This document shows, piece by piece, positions 26,776-41,654 of a DNA stretch of 64,000 nt. This DNA comes from Eledone cirrhosa. Its lineage: Eukaryota. Where the stretch lies: the NCBI GenBank assembly GCA_964016885.1, contig OZ024743.1, forward strand, positions 154,504,001-154,568,000, written 5' to 3'. The position numbers and the translations under genes are program-made. The notes beneath the pieces were generated by a model. That model saw nothing but the letters and a program-made list of their open reading frames with translations. It was not told the DNA's origin and searched no databases. How positions within the stretch are numbered: position 1 is the first letter of the stretch; the number at the start of each line of letters is the position of its first letter.

Positions 26776-28879
26776 TATATGATATTGGTTTTTATATTGA
26801 ACCAATAGTATTGAGGCAAAAGATTCCTATCTAGATTGGTTTATCAGCCTGTCGTTTGTAGTCTGTTATATATTATCTATGTTCTAGCAATTTTGAACTA
26901 TTTTTATACGATAAGAAATGACAATTATATGACAATCAGTTCATTTTAACTACATATTTGATAGCCATGCAGTGACAGATAAGGGCATGTCTATCAACTC
27001 TATTTCCATGTGTTAATGTGTTCTTCATTAATCTTCGTTTTGGCCTTGTGTATTTCTAACTTCCTAAAATATGTTAATAGTATGATATTTGTTTCAGAAA
27101 TTTAATAGCTCTTTTCCTTTAATGATTTACATGTTTGTTATATTGCTTTGATGTAACAAATTATATTGCCATTTGAATCTGCGATGTCATTTTGATTCCT
27201 ATTTGGCACCACTTGTTTCAATGTGCATCTTTCGAAACGTTATTAATAATATAATTTCACATTTCCCGTATCATTACATTATCATATTCATGTCCAGGCG
27301 CGTAAACCTATATATCAAGAAAAATAGATTATTTACGTTACTTCACCGCAGAGACTTAGCAATGGTATCACTATTTAAAAAAAAAACTTGCTTCCTTTAC
27401 TCTCAGAAACGACTATCCAAAGTTCACAATTATAGGGAAACATCTTCTAAAATATAGTCTAGGCAAGGAATGCCAATTGAATGTTGTTTTCTATTGGTCG
27501 CCCCGTGACCAAAATTCCTGCGACAAAGAACTGTTAGAATATATTGAAAAGTCAGTAACAAAACTATTAATATTACAAGTATGTCAAGTAGAGAATATTG
27601 AAATGAATTAAAAATATAACATTGCAGTATTTTTTTTAGAACATCAAGATCAATGATATGCTAAATGGTATAATCATGAATCAATATAATCACATACATT
27701 ATACGTAGATTTGCGTTCAAATATTTTGACTGATATTGTTTAAATTAAAGTCTTGAGAAGGTTTCCTAACGTAGAGTGATAACTAAGTCCAACGGCAATC
27801 ATAAACCACTTCACACTTAACTGAACTGCTGTACTAAAAGTTATCAGTGGAACAATTCTTGTCAGAGTAATTTATCTATGCAGACATTGACATTTGTAAC
27901 CCCTCTCCGATAATACTTTGTTCCTAGATGACACACATGATTTGTTTTCGAATCAATTTCCCTACCGAGTAAATGGTTATAGGTTTATATATTATGTATT
28001 TAGAAGTATGTACTGGCTGCACACAAGAAATATATTTCTGCAGTTTAAAATATATAGCTCCCAGTTTAATTTTAAAACGGATTGTTTCATATTGATATAT
28101 AACAAATGCCATTATGCGTGTATATGCTTATGTATTTTTAGTGTTAGTTTAACGTATACATGTATAATTCTTAAGCAAATTTCCAATCGACCATACAATG
28201 CGTGAACAAATTATACAAGATATATGTAATTTATCATCGTAAAGCTAGTATGATTTAGATAAATGTAAACATTCTCAAGCACAATTTGCAACTGTGTAAT
28301 CATTTATCTGTAGTAAAAGAGACCATTCAAAATAGCAGAAGTATCCTCATATATATCCAAGTTCTATTTTCTTGTTTCTATTGAACGTATTCAGAATTGC
28401 CTCTCCATTAGACTCTCCTTATTTATCAACGGAATGGCCATTATTCACCTGACAACACATATTAGAATACATGCATGACAGCTTTCTAATCTAATTTCAT
28501 TTGAGATTTACATTTATCATGATTTAGAACTGTTTATGAATTGTTGTTTTGTTGTAACATTAATTCATTACAGTGAAAATATATATACCTTTATAGCATC
28601 ATTTTTATGATAGCATCCGAGACTATGTGTAACTAGATTTGCTAGACCAAAATGGAAAGTCCCATTGATTTTTACTCACGGTTGATTTCGGGTCATTTTA
28701 AAGCGTTGCTGTAGTCACAAAATAAGAATTATGATCAAATGAGAGGTGCATCAGCCTTCTCACAAGATACTTTAAACCTGCTGTGAAATACTATTTTAAG
28801 AATTTTAGGTAACATAATCTTAATCTAAATGGATACAATGTATCTGAATGAATTGTGGAGAAATCATGATTGAAATTAC

Positions 28880-28911
28880 TATAAGCATAGATATGGTCCT
28901 CTGAGCCGGAC
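28880..28911 (-). CDS. Candidate exon (32 nt), frame ambiguous
   Basis: Strong acceptor tttttactgttttccaacag; donor gtaatt. Confidence 0.35.
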
Positions 28912-29730
28912 CTGTTGGAAAACAGTAAAAAGTAAACGAAAGTGAAATAAAGATACGCACATAAACATCTTACAATTGTGTTTGATCTCATTAATATGTC
29001 TATTTTCAAATATCTTCGTATGATGTTTCTTCCAAGATGCTAACACAACCTTTGGTTTGAGTAAAGATGTATTCCAAATGTAATTAATACACATTATACA
29101 TATGTAACATAGACACATTTAATCTGTGCATGCATATACGTATGATTATTATTATAATACGATTATGAAGCATGATTTGAGACCGAATCCCTACACCTTA
29201 TTCAACATCGAACTGTTTGTCTATGTCAAATACCTATAGTGAACACTCATACACCACAACCAATATTAAATTAATGTTAATAGTTAGTATCTAAATAAAT
29301 GTACGAGGGTGATTTGACAGAATCGACTTAATTGCAAAACACATTTTATTGAGCAGGGATATAAAGAGTCCGTTTTATATTCAGTTGAAAAAGGATTAGC
29401 TTTTAATGAAGTCTCGTCAATTGATATAATGTACGGGCTGGGAAATTATAAATTCGTTTTGCTTTGCAAATGTTGTAGAATTTGAATATTTGTATTTCTC
29501 GTTTTTTCGTTTTAATTCTGAAGTGCACATACGCACACATAGGTGCACATCCACACATGCAAACAAATATCTCAATAATATATATATATATATACATTCT
29601 AATCTCCTGAATATAATGCAATTAGCAATTGTGTACACATTAATTTGACGCTATTAATTTCCTTGATATGTAACCATAGATTGTTATCTAATTGAAAGAT
29701 TTACGATAAATAGCTTATTTGTATTCTTAC

Positions 29731-29765
29731 CTGGAGATTAATGCAAATAGGAAAATAGCATTGTG
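29731..29765 (-). CDS. Candidate exon (35 nt), frame ambiguous
   Basis: Strong donor CAG-gtaaga; two open frames, each compatible with 28880-28911. Confidence 0.35.
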
Positions 29766-30318
29766 CTAACTTAGTAAATCATCATTGATGGTATTTAATA
29801 TATGTGTGAAATATTATATGATACCAAAAGCCAATAACTTAGAATTAAAGACTGATTTAATTTGCGTCGTATACAAAATTTTGAAATGAGAAGAAAACGT
29901 AAAAATAAAGCTATTACATAGTATAAAAATGTAATCTCAATAATCTATGTATTTATCAATCGTTTTCCCGATAATATCTTTGTCATTGTCAAATAGATAG
30001 GAAATATATTATTAAAAGGTGAATGAAAGAGGTATACGCCAAGCTTTAATCAGAACGTCAGTTTGCAGTAATATATTAAAGACTGTGGTTTCGATGCCTA
30101 TTATATAGACACGAAATAAATGAAACAAAAACATTCCATACATATTAATGTCCCTTTTATTTTTGTTTCATTTAGAATTTCATCAGATCTCAATGTCTTA
30201 CAAATTCTGTAACAATACAGACAAATATACTTCTTATTGATTCCTAACGGTGGTAAATATAGTTGACTCAACGTTCAATACATATTAGCGCTATTTTTAT
30301 TTTAACTTCAAAATATAA

Positions 30319-30456
30319 ATAATTGTTTCTACTTTAGGCACAAGGCCAGCAATTACCCAGTGCATTACTGGTACTTTATGTTATCGACCCCGTAAGGATG
30401 AAAGGCAAAGTCAACCTCGGCGGGATTTGAACTCAGATCGTAAAGGGACGTAACTA
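30319..30456 (-). mobile_element. OK-type SINE, 5'-truncated
   Basis: TSD aaatataaataat. Confidence 0.9.
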
Positions 30457-31678
30457 AATATAAATAATGTTCCATATTACCATTTGGTCAATGTTTGGCT
30501 TTGCCAAGGTTTCATTGGCTGAATTAGCAAGGGGCCGACTTTTGAAATATATAACAGAAATATTCATAACCACGAACAGAAGGAATTCAGTCACATTTTA
30601 TTGAGAATATTTTGTCAATAAACACGAAGTATATAATTCTAAATTTCCAAATACGGTATACTTCCAATCTCACTGAATGCATTTGCGTGTTTGTCATTAC
30701 AAAAAGCTATCTGAGATCATAACCGCTTTAAAGAAACGCTACATGAATGAAGAATTATCATAATTAAATGTACATGGTTTGAAACAGTAATTGAATCCGT
30801 TTTGTTTTGTGGCGTAATATTAGTAATTGTTGATCAGATAAAACAATTTATAACCTTCCTGCCCATTTAAAGATATATATGGCATACAACAGACATCTCT
30901 GTACAACGTATATAGTAACAGCTGTATCAACGTTAAATATAAGTCTGCTTAATTAAATCTGACACAGGGCTAAATCCCAACAATATCTGTGATATTGTAC
31001 ACACAATCCATGGTAATCTTCAAAATAGTGGCTTATTTTCATATCTTAGTATTGAATTAGATGATAAAAAAACACACGAGATTAAAAAGTAATGTACAAT
31101 CGCCCAATTCAGCATTCTTTAACGGCATGATCATATCATTATATGGTTTAAACTAATAACGATATTTCAATAATGGACAAGCATCAGATATGTAGACAAG
31201 TGAAGATATAACAAACACCTTGAGCAATTATTTGATGTATGTTGTGTAATATATTTCCGACTGTGAATCGATGGTCCTATATTGTATGAATATGAATTAT
31301 AGAAAAAATAATTAAACCGTATATTAGGTAGACAGTAGGGAAATATGTCCATCGATAGAAATATGGTATTTAAAGCTTCAGTTAGTACAGTAATCCAATT
31401 AAAGTAAACCGACCCTATGGATAGAGTGGAACGAGACAAAACTGCAGTTACTTTAATTTAAGCATTCATGTAATAGAACAAACGATGGCAAAATGACATG
31501 AGAGTCGTCTGAGATTTTTCTCGTCAATAATGAAATTCTGCCTAAGTGTATATAATGGGTTTAAATTCCCAATTGTCTCACATGTAAATAATGATTTAAT
31601 GGAAGTATTGTTTTTACGTTATCTGCAATCTTATTGTTTTATTCTCTGCTTAATTTGACTGCGTATATCTTATACCAC

Positions 31679-31795
<117 letters not shown>

Positions 31796-34322
31796 GGGGC
31801 ATTAATTTTCGACGTTAGTTCAGATAGTACATTAGATAACATAGGTGTAAATGCAATAAATGTGTTTCGAATCACAAGCAAATACATTACTGTAATGTGC
31901 CATACAAAACGAGTGTGTTACAACATATTTATTCCTTGTCTGGTTGGGAAATACTGGTAGAAGGGAATGACATTTTTCGATTATTGATAGAATCTTTATT
32001 CGAAAATCCACGAGAAGTATGATGCCCGCTGTATCTCTGTAGTTTTAAAATGAATGTTGCCCTATGACATAATGTGTTATGGAAGCTACATTTCAAACGC
32101 TAGTTTCTAATAATTCCAATGTTAACCAATGTTTGCTATTTGTGTCATTGGAAAAACCTTAATACGAAACAAATTGTGTTATATTTCAATTATAAAGATA
32201 ATTGCACTGACTATCGTGGAGAAATATATTATTCAATGAAAAGAAAAATAAGTCGTACACAAAACGCTATTAATCTTTCATGTTATAAGTATTACCAGAA
32301 ATATTTCTTTCGGCGGATCCTATTAAATAGATAATAAATATAGGTGAAAAGGACAACGTAAAATCTATTTCATTTATCACGTGTGATTCATAAACATGAA
32401 ATATACTTCTTCATATGTGACGGATTAAATCCAATGAAAACACAATGTTAGGACCTCAATCTCTACATTTCACCTATTTTATGTAATTTCAGTTGGATTT
32501 ATGGATTTTAAAATGAGTTAGTGACAACATCCATTCCTCAGAATGACTTTATAGATGTATTCTTCTAGTTTTCTGCTATAATGGAAAATAATAACTGCAG
32601 GTATTTTTTTTTATGAGAAATAAACAGGTAATAACAAGATAGTAAAACGTAAAAACATGGACGTTTCAATGCTAAAGGTAATACTAATATCAAACACAAT
32701 AATAATAAAAACAATTACTAAGGCAGATTCTATTGGTTTTTGTATTGTAAATAAAGAAATGTTACATGTTAAATATATTTCAATACCAAACCGGGTTATT
32801 TCAGCAGGGAATCATGCTTTCCTCTAGGCGTTATTATTATTATTATTATTATTATTATTGTTGTTGTTGTTGTTGTTGTTGTGGATGTTGTTGTTGTTGT
32901 TGTTGTAATTATTTTTGGTTTTGTTTTTTTTTTCATTATTATAGTTATGATTTTTGGAAATGTTATTGATACTAATATTATCATTGTTCTGAAGTACTTT
33001 TGAGCATTCTTGACATTTACATTATTACTTCTCTTAGGGCATCAACAGAGCCCATTTGCATGACTCTTGAATTTCTATTGATTACTCTGTCAAACAAGTA
33101 ATTTATATTTAGGGACATACTTAGAAAAGATGTAGAAAATAAGGAAAAGTAAATGGGAAAAACAATAACGGTGATATATTAAAGTTTTATAAACATGAAA
33201 TTATTTATTAAAAAAACAAACATTTGTTCTTCATATGACTAGAAGCTTTCACATATATTTAACTACAACTATTTCTTATTTGAATTTCTGATGCTGGTGA
33301 TGAGGAGAGATGATGATAATGACGAGGATGAAGATAACGCGATGATGATGATGTTGACGGTGGCAGTCGTGAGGATGGTAATGATAATGATGTTGATAAG
33401 GATAATCATTCTCGTCATCATTGTCATTATCATCAACAGCATTTCTAATAAAGTTAAAAAAATGTACGCCTCAGCTGAAAATATCTATTGGCAATTCAGT
33501 TATTTGTTCTTTACAAAGAAAAAAAAGCAGCTTATACCTGAAAAAAAATGTTTAAATAGATTTTAAAATCATTTTCATATAGAATATTTATAAACAGATT
33601 TCTAGTAAACGCAGGCTAGCATATTTCATAAATAGTTTGGCTCTGTCTGTGAATCCAATTTCGTAAACACTCCCAATAACCTTAAACATAGGCAACCACA
33701 TTGTCTTCTCATACATTTGGTTATGCAGATAGAACACTGTGCTAAAGCAATAGGATTTCCTCGGATTACATGTATATTTATCACATTTAGGCAACTAACT
33801 ATTTTTCATACACACACATACTCTCTTCCCGTCACACACACACACACACACACAACCACACTTACCCATGCACACTCACAGACACACGTATGAGATAATA
33901 TGTACCACATGCCGTATTCTGTTTATGATGAAGAAAAAACAAAAATGATGGGTTCAATTAATAATAAAGTGCGGTGGGGGACATTTTTCTTTTTTCCATT
34001 GTTCTACTGCCTGATTTAAATCTTTCCAGTTCAGCATATTGTCTTATTTTCAATTCATTATATCACAGAACAATTCAGTCGCCATTGGTTGAATACATTT
34101 GGGCAAAATTCCGCTTCTATTCACAACAATGAAAGTTCTTCATGTTATTAATATTTCATAGCCCAAATCCAAATATGTTTCTAAACATTCGCTACCAGTT
34201 TATGTAGTTTTTGTGTAGGAAGTTGAGATTTAAAATGTGATCTAAAATACATACGCTGGCTTGGTTATTTCATGCAACAAATATATCTCACTTAATATTC
34301 CAGTAGTATTAAACAAACATAC

Positions 34323-34367
34323 TGGCAATCCATTTGCCTTGGTAACGCTTTATTTGGTAGGAGGATT
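34323..34367 (-). CDS. Candidate exon (45 nt) SSYQIKRYQGKWIA
   Basis: tatcctcag / gtatgt; phase 1-1, compatible with the previous exon. Confidence 0.5.
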
Positions 34368-34598
34368 CTGAGGATAATTGTCATCACGTTAATAGCTTAA
34401 CGTATGCAGACAATCAGGGAAAATATCATACACATAGGTTTCCAAGAAATGAACGTACGTTTAGTAGCATATAGTACTCCATTACTAAATTAGACTTTAA
34501 AAGGATTGAAAATAATGTGGCTTTCTGGTTTTCTAAGATATTTCCCCAGACACATTTTAAACTTTGAGATGCAGCTTTCCCAATTTCATGAAATTAAC

Positions 34599-34629
34599 CT
34601 TCAAAACCTTCATCTAGCAATTTTCGGAT
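34599..34629 (-). CDS. Candidate exon (31 nt) IRKLLDEGFE
   Basis: tcttcag / AAG-gttaat; phase 0-1. Confidence 0.45.
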
Positions 34630-35045
34630 CTGAAGATTTAAATAATGTCTTTCTCAAACTTAGTGTTACTGTTCTGGGAGAAACTGACGCAAATATTTTT
34701 ACCACGTTTGCCACTTCTCCATCGATTTAAGAAACGCCTCCGTATATGGAGGATAAACGAGGAGGCAATATTCTAATAAGTTGAACGAAGCAATGGATCT
34801 TAAATTAATTTTTGCATAAACTTTACATCTTTAATGATACAAAAGTCGCATTTCAGGATTATATTCAGTTAGAATATACAAAATACACGTAGGAGACACA
34901 ACACAACGCCAGTAAAAATGCTGGTGTTACTCAGAATAAAACCCCTCAGAAACATATGCATATATGTTTGATAGTATCATTAATTCAATGTTTATGACAA
35001 TATTTGAACGAATTCAAGATGTTCAATATGTAAAATCTAAACCAC

Positions 35046-35106
<61 letters not shown>

Positions 35107-35109
<3 letters not shown>

Positions 35110-35413
35110 ATAATAATACATTTGAAGACTAAAATCCAAAGATGGCTCGATAAGGATAAATATATATCAAATATATAAGAACCGTAGAGCAAACATTTAT
35201 TAAAATAACAGATTAAAGTTTAAGCAAAGAATCGCTGCTTTCACCCTTAACGGGATCTTCTGAAACTAACAAAGTCAATCTGTCTTCCTCCGGTTGCAAC
35301 GTTTTTTGAAATAACCACTTCTGAGTTTACAGATTGCCTTTGTTAGTTTCAGAAGATCCCGTTAAGGGTGAAAGCAGCGATTCTTTGCTTAAACTTTAAT
35401 GTGTTATTTTAAT
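35107..35413 (-). mobile_element. Solo pLTR fold-back of the 48954-50275 PLE family
   Basis: 35199-35283 is inverted against 35329-35413; (TA)n flanks; homologous to 50140-50272. Confidence 0.8.
35346..35394 (+). ncRNA. Hammerhead-like motif with CAGAAGA core (also at ~50204-50252; degenerate at ~23138-23185)
   Basis: gttt-CAGAAGA-tccc gttaa gggt-GAAA-gcag cgattct ttgc-TT-aaac. Confidence 0.5.
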
Positions 35414-35429
35414 ATATATATATATATAT

Positions 35430-36241
35430 ATGAAAGACGTAAAATAAGAAAATTATAAAAATTAACTTACTTACTAAAATTTCACTCCAAATAATTAGTT
35501 TCTGAAAGGGAATAAACATGGTTTCCAAATGGAGAAACCTTTCGTCATCAGCAAGTCTGTTCGCAGCTAAGTTACCAGGCGATGCGTGGACACAGGGAGC
35601 TTATACAAAAATAATTCAGTGGATGGAAAAAAGCAAGCATGGACTAAATTCCAAGACATTGAAAAAATCAGTGCCTACTTGGTCGGTAGCAAATTCAATA
35701 GAATCAATCAAGTGACATCGATATTAATCAGTGAGGAGTGGGGTGTTAAGAAGACAGTAGCCGAGCCATTACTATGAACTATAGTAGCAGTTTTGGCAAA
35801 TTTTTGCTCAACAAAATAATTTGGAGATGATTATAAAGAATTAGTATATATACCAACATATATATACAGATGCATACCTGTGCTAGCAAATATATAGGTT
35901 TTGTCTTAGTAACTTTGTGATTCAATGCAAGGGGATGCAGAACAAATTATATGAAAGACGTAAAATAAGAAAATTATAAAAAGTAACTTACTTACTAAAA
36001 TTTCACTCCAACTAATTAGTTCATGAGAGGGAATAAACATAGTTTCCATATGGAAATCATGGAGAAACCTTTCGTCATCAGGAAGTCTGTTCTCAGCTAA
36101 GTTACCAGGCGATTTGTGGACACAGGAAACTTATACAAAAATAATTCAGTGGATGGATAAAAGCAAGCGTGGACTAAATTCCGAGACATTGAAAAAATCA
36201 CTGCCTACTTGGTCGGTAGCAAATTCAAAAGAATCAATCAA
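35430..36241. repeat. Direct duplication of ~285 bp (35430-35712 and 35950-36241)
   Basis: atgaaagacgtaaaataag..gaatcaatcaa occurs twice. Confidence 0.9.
35475..35501 (-). CDS. Candidate microexon (27 nt) KLIIWSEIL
   Basis: tttattccctttcag / gtaagt; only phase 0-0 is open. Confidence 0.5.
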
Positions 36242-36344
36242 TATATATATATATATATGTATACATTTTAAAGGTGCAAATTAATTGCGGCCGCAGACGG
36301 TATGCCGAATGAACACTGGAAGCACTTGGGGAGAAGAATATCAA

Positions 36345-36532
36345 TATTTATTTTTACTTTTGGCTCAAGGCCAGCAATTATTCCAGTGCATTACTGTTAC
36401 TTTATTTTATCTACCCCGTAAGGATGAAAGGCAAAGTTAACATCGGCGGGATTTGAACTCAGACCACAAAGGGCCGTAACTCTTTGTGCAAAGCATGGCG
36501 TCCGACCCTCTACCGATACTGCCAATCCACCG
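36345..36532 (-). mobile_element. OK-type SINE
   Basis: Family similarity. Confidence 0.88.
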
Positions 36533-36599
36533 CAGATTATCAATAATATTAATATATTATTAATATTATAGGGAACAAAGAATCAGCGTTGCATCATAT

Positions 36600-38852
36600 A
36601 CATATTTAATTACATATTACATATGTTTCACTGCCGATCAGCTCGAGGAACGATTTACTAATGATCGAAAATGACTCTGGAATTGTAAGCTCCTCAGATA
36701 TGTGTTAACATGTATATGGCGCCTGAGAGAGGTTTAATATTATCTCGGTTCATGCTCATATACTGCTACACACGAATATGAGAGATGACGTTATAGAAGA
36801 AAACAGATTAGCTCTCTAAGAGTTGAGAGGGAATTTGACACAAAAAAGAAGAAACTAAATAAAACAGGAAAATATAATTTCTCACATTGAAGCAAGAGAT
36901 TCTCATACTTTGGAGGAACAAAAAATCGTAACTGAAGTAAAAATATCAAGGTATGCTGAACTACGTTCTTCTGTTAAATCATTTACAAATGTAGCATTTG
37001 AACATGATCCAAATAAAAAGTATGATAACCTATCAAATATAGGAACAATGTCAGGAGTTTGTAAGCATTGTTTTGCAAAATTATTTAAAGGCGATCCTAA
37101 CAGATTATGCTGTTCAATTGGTAAAGTTAAATTGAATTTAATTGAAAGACCACCTGGAACTTTAAATACACTAATGCTGAAACACGGGATTCCAAAGATT
37201 TCTTAAAGAATATGAGAAAATGTAATGAATTATTTTCCATGAAATCTTTTGGAATCGGTGAATCAATATCTCTGCCGGGATTCATGCCAGTTTTTAAAAT
37301 ACTGCGTCAAATTTATCACAGTATCAGTTCATTGTATAATGCGGTTGATAATATTCCTAAATGTGCGAAGTTTATTCTATTGATGATTTAAATGAACACA
37401 TTATTATTAGAAATAGTAGGTTTCCTGGAACACATTACACACTCTAAGACACATTCAAGAGATGCTTTTGGAAAATAGTGAACTTATCAGACAATTTAAA
37501 ACTATGGCAGTCCAAATCTTCAATTGTCAATTTTTGCAGATAGAGTACCAGCTGTTGAGTATACACGAAGGGACTATGACCAAGTATCTAACGATGTGGG
37601 ATTAGTAACGATTGGAACTGAATTTCCAGGAACAAATATCATTTATACGCATAAAGATAACACTAAAGAAAATCAATGAATTACATAGATCCTGTGATCA
37701 ATTACAATATCCTTTGATTCATTGGGGAGAAAATAATTGTTTCTACTTTAGGCACAAGACCAGCAATTACCCAGTGCATTACTGGGACTTTATTTTATCG
37801 ACCCCATAAGGATGAAAGGCAAAGTCAACCTCGGGCGGATTTGAACACAGATCGTAAAGGGACGTAACTATGCTGGAAAGCATGGCGTCCGACCCTCTAC
37901 CGACACTGCCAATTGGAGAGAAAATAATGGATATTCGTTGGATTTTCATTTATACAACCCAACTACAAATCAAACAATCTCAATAAGAACGTTACATCCC
38001 GGTAATATTATGCATATCAGTTACAACTGAGAAATACTTGGACACAAATTGTAAAATGTAAATGACTATTCCAAATGTACTTAGTTGATATGTATGCCAA
38101 AATTGTGTTTGAAGTGTTATTGCACATTAAACAGCACCAAACCAAGCTAAAGGCATTCGAAGGGCATTCGCTTTTAAAATATTCTGTAAATAATGAAGAA
38201 GTACTCAATGCACAATAATTAGGTAGGGCTGTAATTTTACATTCTACTTTTGTTGAAAGTCCAAGATATTAGAAGGAAAGAACTCAAGATGGAATGTGTT
38301 ATGTGAAGGAATACGGTAGGCTTGATTTATTTATAACATTCACTTGCAACTTTATACAAAGCTCAACAACCCGAAGAAAGGCACGACATAATTCCAAGAG
38401 TTTTCAAGAAAATATTAAACAAAATAATGAAAATATTGGGGAGAATATTTGGCAAACATATATACAGTAGAATGGCAGAAAAGGGCTTACGACATGTTCA
38501 TATTTTACTTTGGTTAGGGCAAACAATTTATACAAATCATTTAGATTCAGTAATCTCTGCAGAAATACCCAATCCAATTAATATTAATCTTTCTGATATT
38601 GTCACTACACAAATGTCGTTTATTAAATCTGGAATGTCCATGTATGAATGATGTGAAATGTGGAAAAAATTACCCAAAATATTTAATTAATGAAACCAGG
38701 ACACATGTCACTGGATATCTCTCATATAAACGCATAAAAACAAAAAAATAAAAACTCAAAAACATACAATTGACAATAGGTGGATTATACTTTACACATT
38801 TTCCGGTAAATGGCTGAGACCCCGTGTGAAACTGGGTCTTTTAGGCTGTAGT
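36600..38852 (+). mobile_element. Decayed Helitron (Zn finger + Rep domain; helicase deleted)
   Basis: IGTM..VCKHCFAKLF..LCC..GKV, INELHRS.D.LQYPL, FQ.YLVDMYAKI, VIL.STF..SPRY, YG..DLFITFTCN, HVHILLW; 3' hairpin gaccc..gggtc + GTAG at ~38816-38852. Confidence 0.88.
37734..37913 (-). mobile_element. OK-type SINE inserted in the Helitron
   Basis: TSD ttgg.gagaaaataat. Confidence 0.9.
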
Positions 38853-40270
38853 TGTATATATACGGTAATTTATCGTTGTTGGAATTTCGCCAGCTTTTAT
38901 AAGAATGTATTATAACATATCATTAGACAAATAGTTTATATCTCTCCTAAAAGCAATGCCTAGCGGAGAAATATATTTACTAAAGATGTTGTATAAAGGA
39001 CTTTGCATTTTGCCACAGAATAATCCCATTAATATTGTTTAACTGCTTAATATCTGGTAGCAATCCTCAGGATCATGGCATACATCTGGTCTTTAAATGC
39101 AGGATTTGTTTATGATTAAAATGTATAGCCTTGTATCATGTGAATATACTATTAGTTATCAGTGAATTGGCATTGTCAATAGAATGTTTGAGATTCTCCA
39201 GTTGGTTAACAATGATTTAATTATACTTAATCTCTAATTTATTACAAGAACTGCTATTTCACAGAACAAGACTATATGCTAATACAGTGATCATATCTAA
39301 ATAAAAAAAAATTACTATCTGTCAGTTAAACAAATTGTTTGTACTTGGTATGAGACAATTACTTCAGTCACCCCATTGTTCAATTATAAATATACTTCAA
39401 TATGCACTTTACTTTGTTTCCATACGGCTTTATCTTAACGAAAACTGAAAAACATCGTATACAACTGGGCATTTTTTTTCTCTTTTAAAGCTTGCAAACA
39501 TAGACCATAAAATCAATTTTCTACAAACAATCATACGCTATTTGCATAAATAAAGACTTGATTGAACCAAGCCAGTATGAAGCCATATTATTCAATATCG
39601 TTGTTTTCTTCTTTTGGGAGGCGGAGTGCACCAGAAAATTTACGGCTTTTCATCTTTGCTAAATCGAGTTTCCTTCAGAAATATTTACGCTACTTTGAAA
39701 TATCAACAATAAAAATACACACGAATAAACTTCCTAACATAATCATTTAAGTTAAAATTAAGACAAAAACAAATTGGGGGGTTTTCAAATATTTCCTTTA
39801 GCATATATATTTTATGTTTTCATAAGTTTCTAAATATATTTTAGTCAATTGATACAACCTCTGTTGATACCACTGCGAAATTTATATTAGAAAATGAATT
39901 TAATCTTTAGTGCGAAATTTATTTTGAAAACATGACCTATAAATAAAACGTATTATTACAATGAAGTAAAACAATAAAACCTACTACTTTTAGACGTCAA
40001 TTTGCATTGATATTTCATTGATTCGTTTGCTGTATGATACGTTTTATGTTACGGAACAATATTTCCTCTATAAATACGAAGTTATGGAAAATGGCACTAA
40101 GATGAAAAGGTTATATATTGACAGATTCTTAATATCTGTTCCCAGTTGTTTATGTGGTATTCCTTATACACAGAGGAAAAGTGCAAAAAATATTACCTGC
40201 ATATATGTATTGCTAATAATGAACAATAGTTTGCTAAGTACGTCTTCTTAATCCTATATTAAATGATTAC

Positions 40271-40302
40271 TATTAAAATTGCAGCTAACATGATATATAC
40301 AT
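40271..40302 (-). CDS. Candidate exon (32 nt) VYIMLAAILI
   Basis: Strong acceptor ttccattaccttttcag; donor gtaatc; phase 1-0. Confidence 0.4.
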
Positions 40303-41015
40303 CTGAAAAGGTAATGGAAAAACTGAGTGCTGTATAGAAAAAATTATGTTGGATAGTTTGCATTCAATTACTTGCACCACATAGAGTCTATATCCAATAA
40401 TTTAACTGTAAATCAGCGAATCGCACTACTTACTAAATATCAGATGACACCAATACAATTACCCCAATCTGAAGGATGTATGATTATCAAGTGCCTTCCA
40501 GCATCTATTATTTTTCCCATGTCTACATGTGAGTCATTGAACCAGGGTACCAAATCTCCGATCTGTCATATTTTTTATACATGTCTGTCTTCGTTCTATG
40601 AATATTATATGAACAATATATTGAAAAGAAGTCATGTTCACATGAGTAAGAGATATACAAGAATCAAAATTATCATATAATAAAACCCCAATTAAAAATC
40701 ATACATATTTTCTGTTTCCCCCCAATCATAACATCCCCACTGATCACTGCCATGAAGTTATATTTGAAATGTTTGCTTTGGGATCATAGATGGTTGCGGT
40801 CGATGTAACTAGTCAGCATTTAACCATATCATAGGATCATACAAAGCCGCTTTTGTGAAATCGGTCAGACGACATTTTAAACTGTTCTTTTTTGGTAGAA
40901 TTAATTTATTATTGATGCATCACTCAAGAGTATTTTAGAGCAGATCATATTTCTGGAAGCATTGGTGACTCGTCTTCCCCACAATGAATAACTGAATGCC
41001 ATCTTATCACCTAAC

Positions 41016-41108
41016 CTGAATGCTTTAAAAATGTTTCTGGGCACTGTTCGTCCCTTTTTAATAAAGCTTTAAAATAACATCTGGTTAGAGCATCCACTTC
41101 ATTGAGGT
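41016..41108 (-). CDS. Candidate host-gene exon (93 nt) LNEVDALTRCYFKALLKRDEQCPETFLKHS
   Basis: ttattacag / CAG-gttagg; only the phase 1-1 frame is open. Confidence 0.6.
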
Positions 41109-41620
41109 CTGTAATAATCATGTCCAATATCAGTAATGAAATTACATTTCTGTTGCTATGTTGGTTGGTAAGTAACCTGTAACTATTTAACATAATGACC
41201 TCATATAAATGCCGCTTACGTATACCAGGATAACTTCAACAAGGAACAAAATGAACGATGAACTTCCTAAGATGTTTGGCAATGTTCCAGATAGAAAAGT
41301 CTAAAAAGTAATTAGTTTGATAATACTTCAAACCAATTAAGAAATAATGTATTTGATATAAATACTGATTTGTGCGAAAATTCATGATTTTATGAATGAA
41401 ATCATATAAAGCATTATTATGACGTGAGTTAAATATATAGATTGAACACAATCAACTTGAAGACACTTCACAATTTGTCTCGTCTCATCTCTATAGAGAT
41501 CTTCATAGACGTCGTCGAGTACTTCATGGTTGGAAAGAGAGGTTTGAGCGTATACGTGAATGATTTTCAGCTGGCTCGGCCGGATAATAAAATTAAGGAA
41601 TTATCAATAACATAGTCCGC

Positions 41621-41654
<34 letters not shown>

